A stretch of DNA of 64,000 bases from Bacteroidia bacterium (GTDB lineage: Bacteria > Bacteroidota > Bacteroidia > UKL13-3): the NCBI GenBank assembly GCA_021740845.1, contig JAIOYZ010000001.1, positions 147,246 to 211,245 of the forward strand. The letters are read 5' to 3'. Position numbers and translations under genes: made by a program. Under the pieces are notes generated by a model. The model was not told the DNA's origin, did no database searches, and worked only from the letters and a program-made list of their open reading frames with translations. Shown here piece by piece: positions 63,375-64,000 of the stretch. How positions within the stretch are numbered: position 1 is the stretch's first letter; the number at the start of each line of letters is the position of its first letter.

Positions 63375-64000
63375 TTTTGAAGTTTATAGCCTCTTAGGAA
63401 TTCCACAATTTCCATTCGCTTCTTCGATTCCATTTGCACTTCCAACAATGAAATCCATCCATCCGAACATTTAATTTTTAAATAAGTTTTATGGTCACTT
63501 TGCCATGAACCTAACTCTGAAGAATTAGTAGAATCTTGCTCAAATTGTGCCCTAAAAACTTTCATGTTTTTATCTGCAAAAACCATAAATGCCGCAGGAT
63601 ATGGGTTCATACCACGAATAAGATTTATAATTTTTTCGCCATTTTGATTCCAATGAATTAGGCAATGTTCTTTAAAGATTTTGGGAGCAATTTTGGTTGA
63701 GTTTTCTCCTTGTGGTGTGCCTTGTGTTTTGCCTTGTTTTATTAAATTCAGCGAATCTACAATAACCTTCGCACCTAAATGCATCAATTCATCGTGAAGA
63801 ATACCTGCAGTTGTTTCTGGCGTAATTTCAATTTCTGCTTTTTGTAAAATATCACCCGTATCAATTTCGTGTTTTAGAAAGAAAGTACTTACACCAGATT
63901 TTGTTTCGCCATTAATTATTGCCCAATTAATAGGAGCAGCACCACGGTAATCTGGTAACAAAGACGCATGCAAATTAATGGTTCCCAAAGGTGGCATATT
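63371..64000 (-). CDS. fmt: Methionyl-tRNA formyltransferase; its start lies beyond the window end.
   Basis: PPLGTINLHASLLPDYRGAAPINWAIINGE formyltransferase core plus C-terminal domain. Confidence 0.9.
   Translation of the reverse strand, partial: NMPPLGTINLHASLLPDYRGAAPINWAIINGETKSGVSTFFLKHEIDTGDILQKAEIEITPETTAGILHDELMHLGAKVIVDSLNLIKQGKTQGTPQGENSTKIAPKIFKEHCLIHWNQNGEKIINLIRGMNPYPAAFMVFADKNMKVFRAQFEQDSTNSSELGSWQSDHKTYLKIKCSDGWISLLEVQMESKKRMEIVEFLRGYKLQK

Overview
This is a 64 kb chromosomal window from an AT-rich Bacteroidota genome. The assignment rests on T9SS C-terminal sorting domains, a GEVED domain, DUF4199/DUF2147/DUF4296 proteins, candidate promoters with TAnnTTTG -7 elements, and coding starts without Shine-Dalgarno sequences. 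Content is mostly core genes. (1) A partial, degenerate dihydroorotase-like gene is followed by a cell-envelope glycosylation cluster (acidic protein, DUF4199, GT2, GT4, DUF898). (2) A 2,865-aa (5970..14567) T9SS-secreted adhesin carries an N-terminal GEVED domain and four parallel beta-helix modules. (3) The rpsU-xerC-hpf group is followed by four tRNAs (Thr-Tyr-Gly-Thr), tuf, tRNA-Trp, secE, nusG, rplK, rplA, rplJ, rplL, rpoB and rpoC in canonical order. (4) Next come a Cys-type selD, an LPS/sugar-nucleotide group (waaA, ugd, uxs), a KirBac-type K+ channel, DNA-repair genes (uvrB, cinA, mfd, mutS2), a K/A-rich histone H1-like gene with 48-bp tandem repeats, and a soluble TPR hybrid histidine kinase. 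(5) A redox-flavoured block follows (gpx, orphan receiver, yceI, 4Fe-4S/CDGSH protein, DsbA-like, LigB-type dioxygenase), then a DnaQ-exonuclease/GIY-YIG fusion, two paralogous OM beta-barrel genes and a partial fmt. No transposase, phage integrase or CRISPR is visible. The most striking unexplained signal is a quasi-palindromic 10-mer, GGTTCAAACC (extended consensus TTGGTTCAAACCGA). It occurs at least 15 times exactly plus at least 8 one-mismatch variants, against about 0.1 expected. It lies on both strands, in three reading frames of unrelated conserved genes, and is concentrated in intergenic hairpins. I interpret it as a genome-wide selected DNA motif, possibly a DNA uptake sequence or an architectural-protein site. 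This appears undescribed for this lineage. A second point of interest is a GC-rich, repeat-laden convergent intergenic region (61948..62196) that may encode a small RNA.
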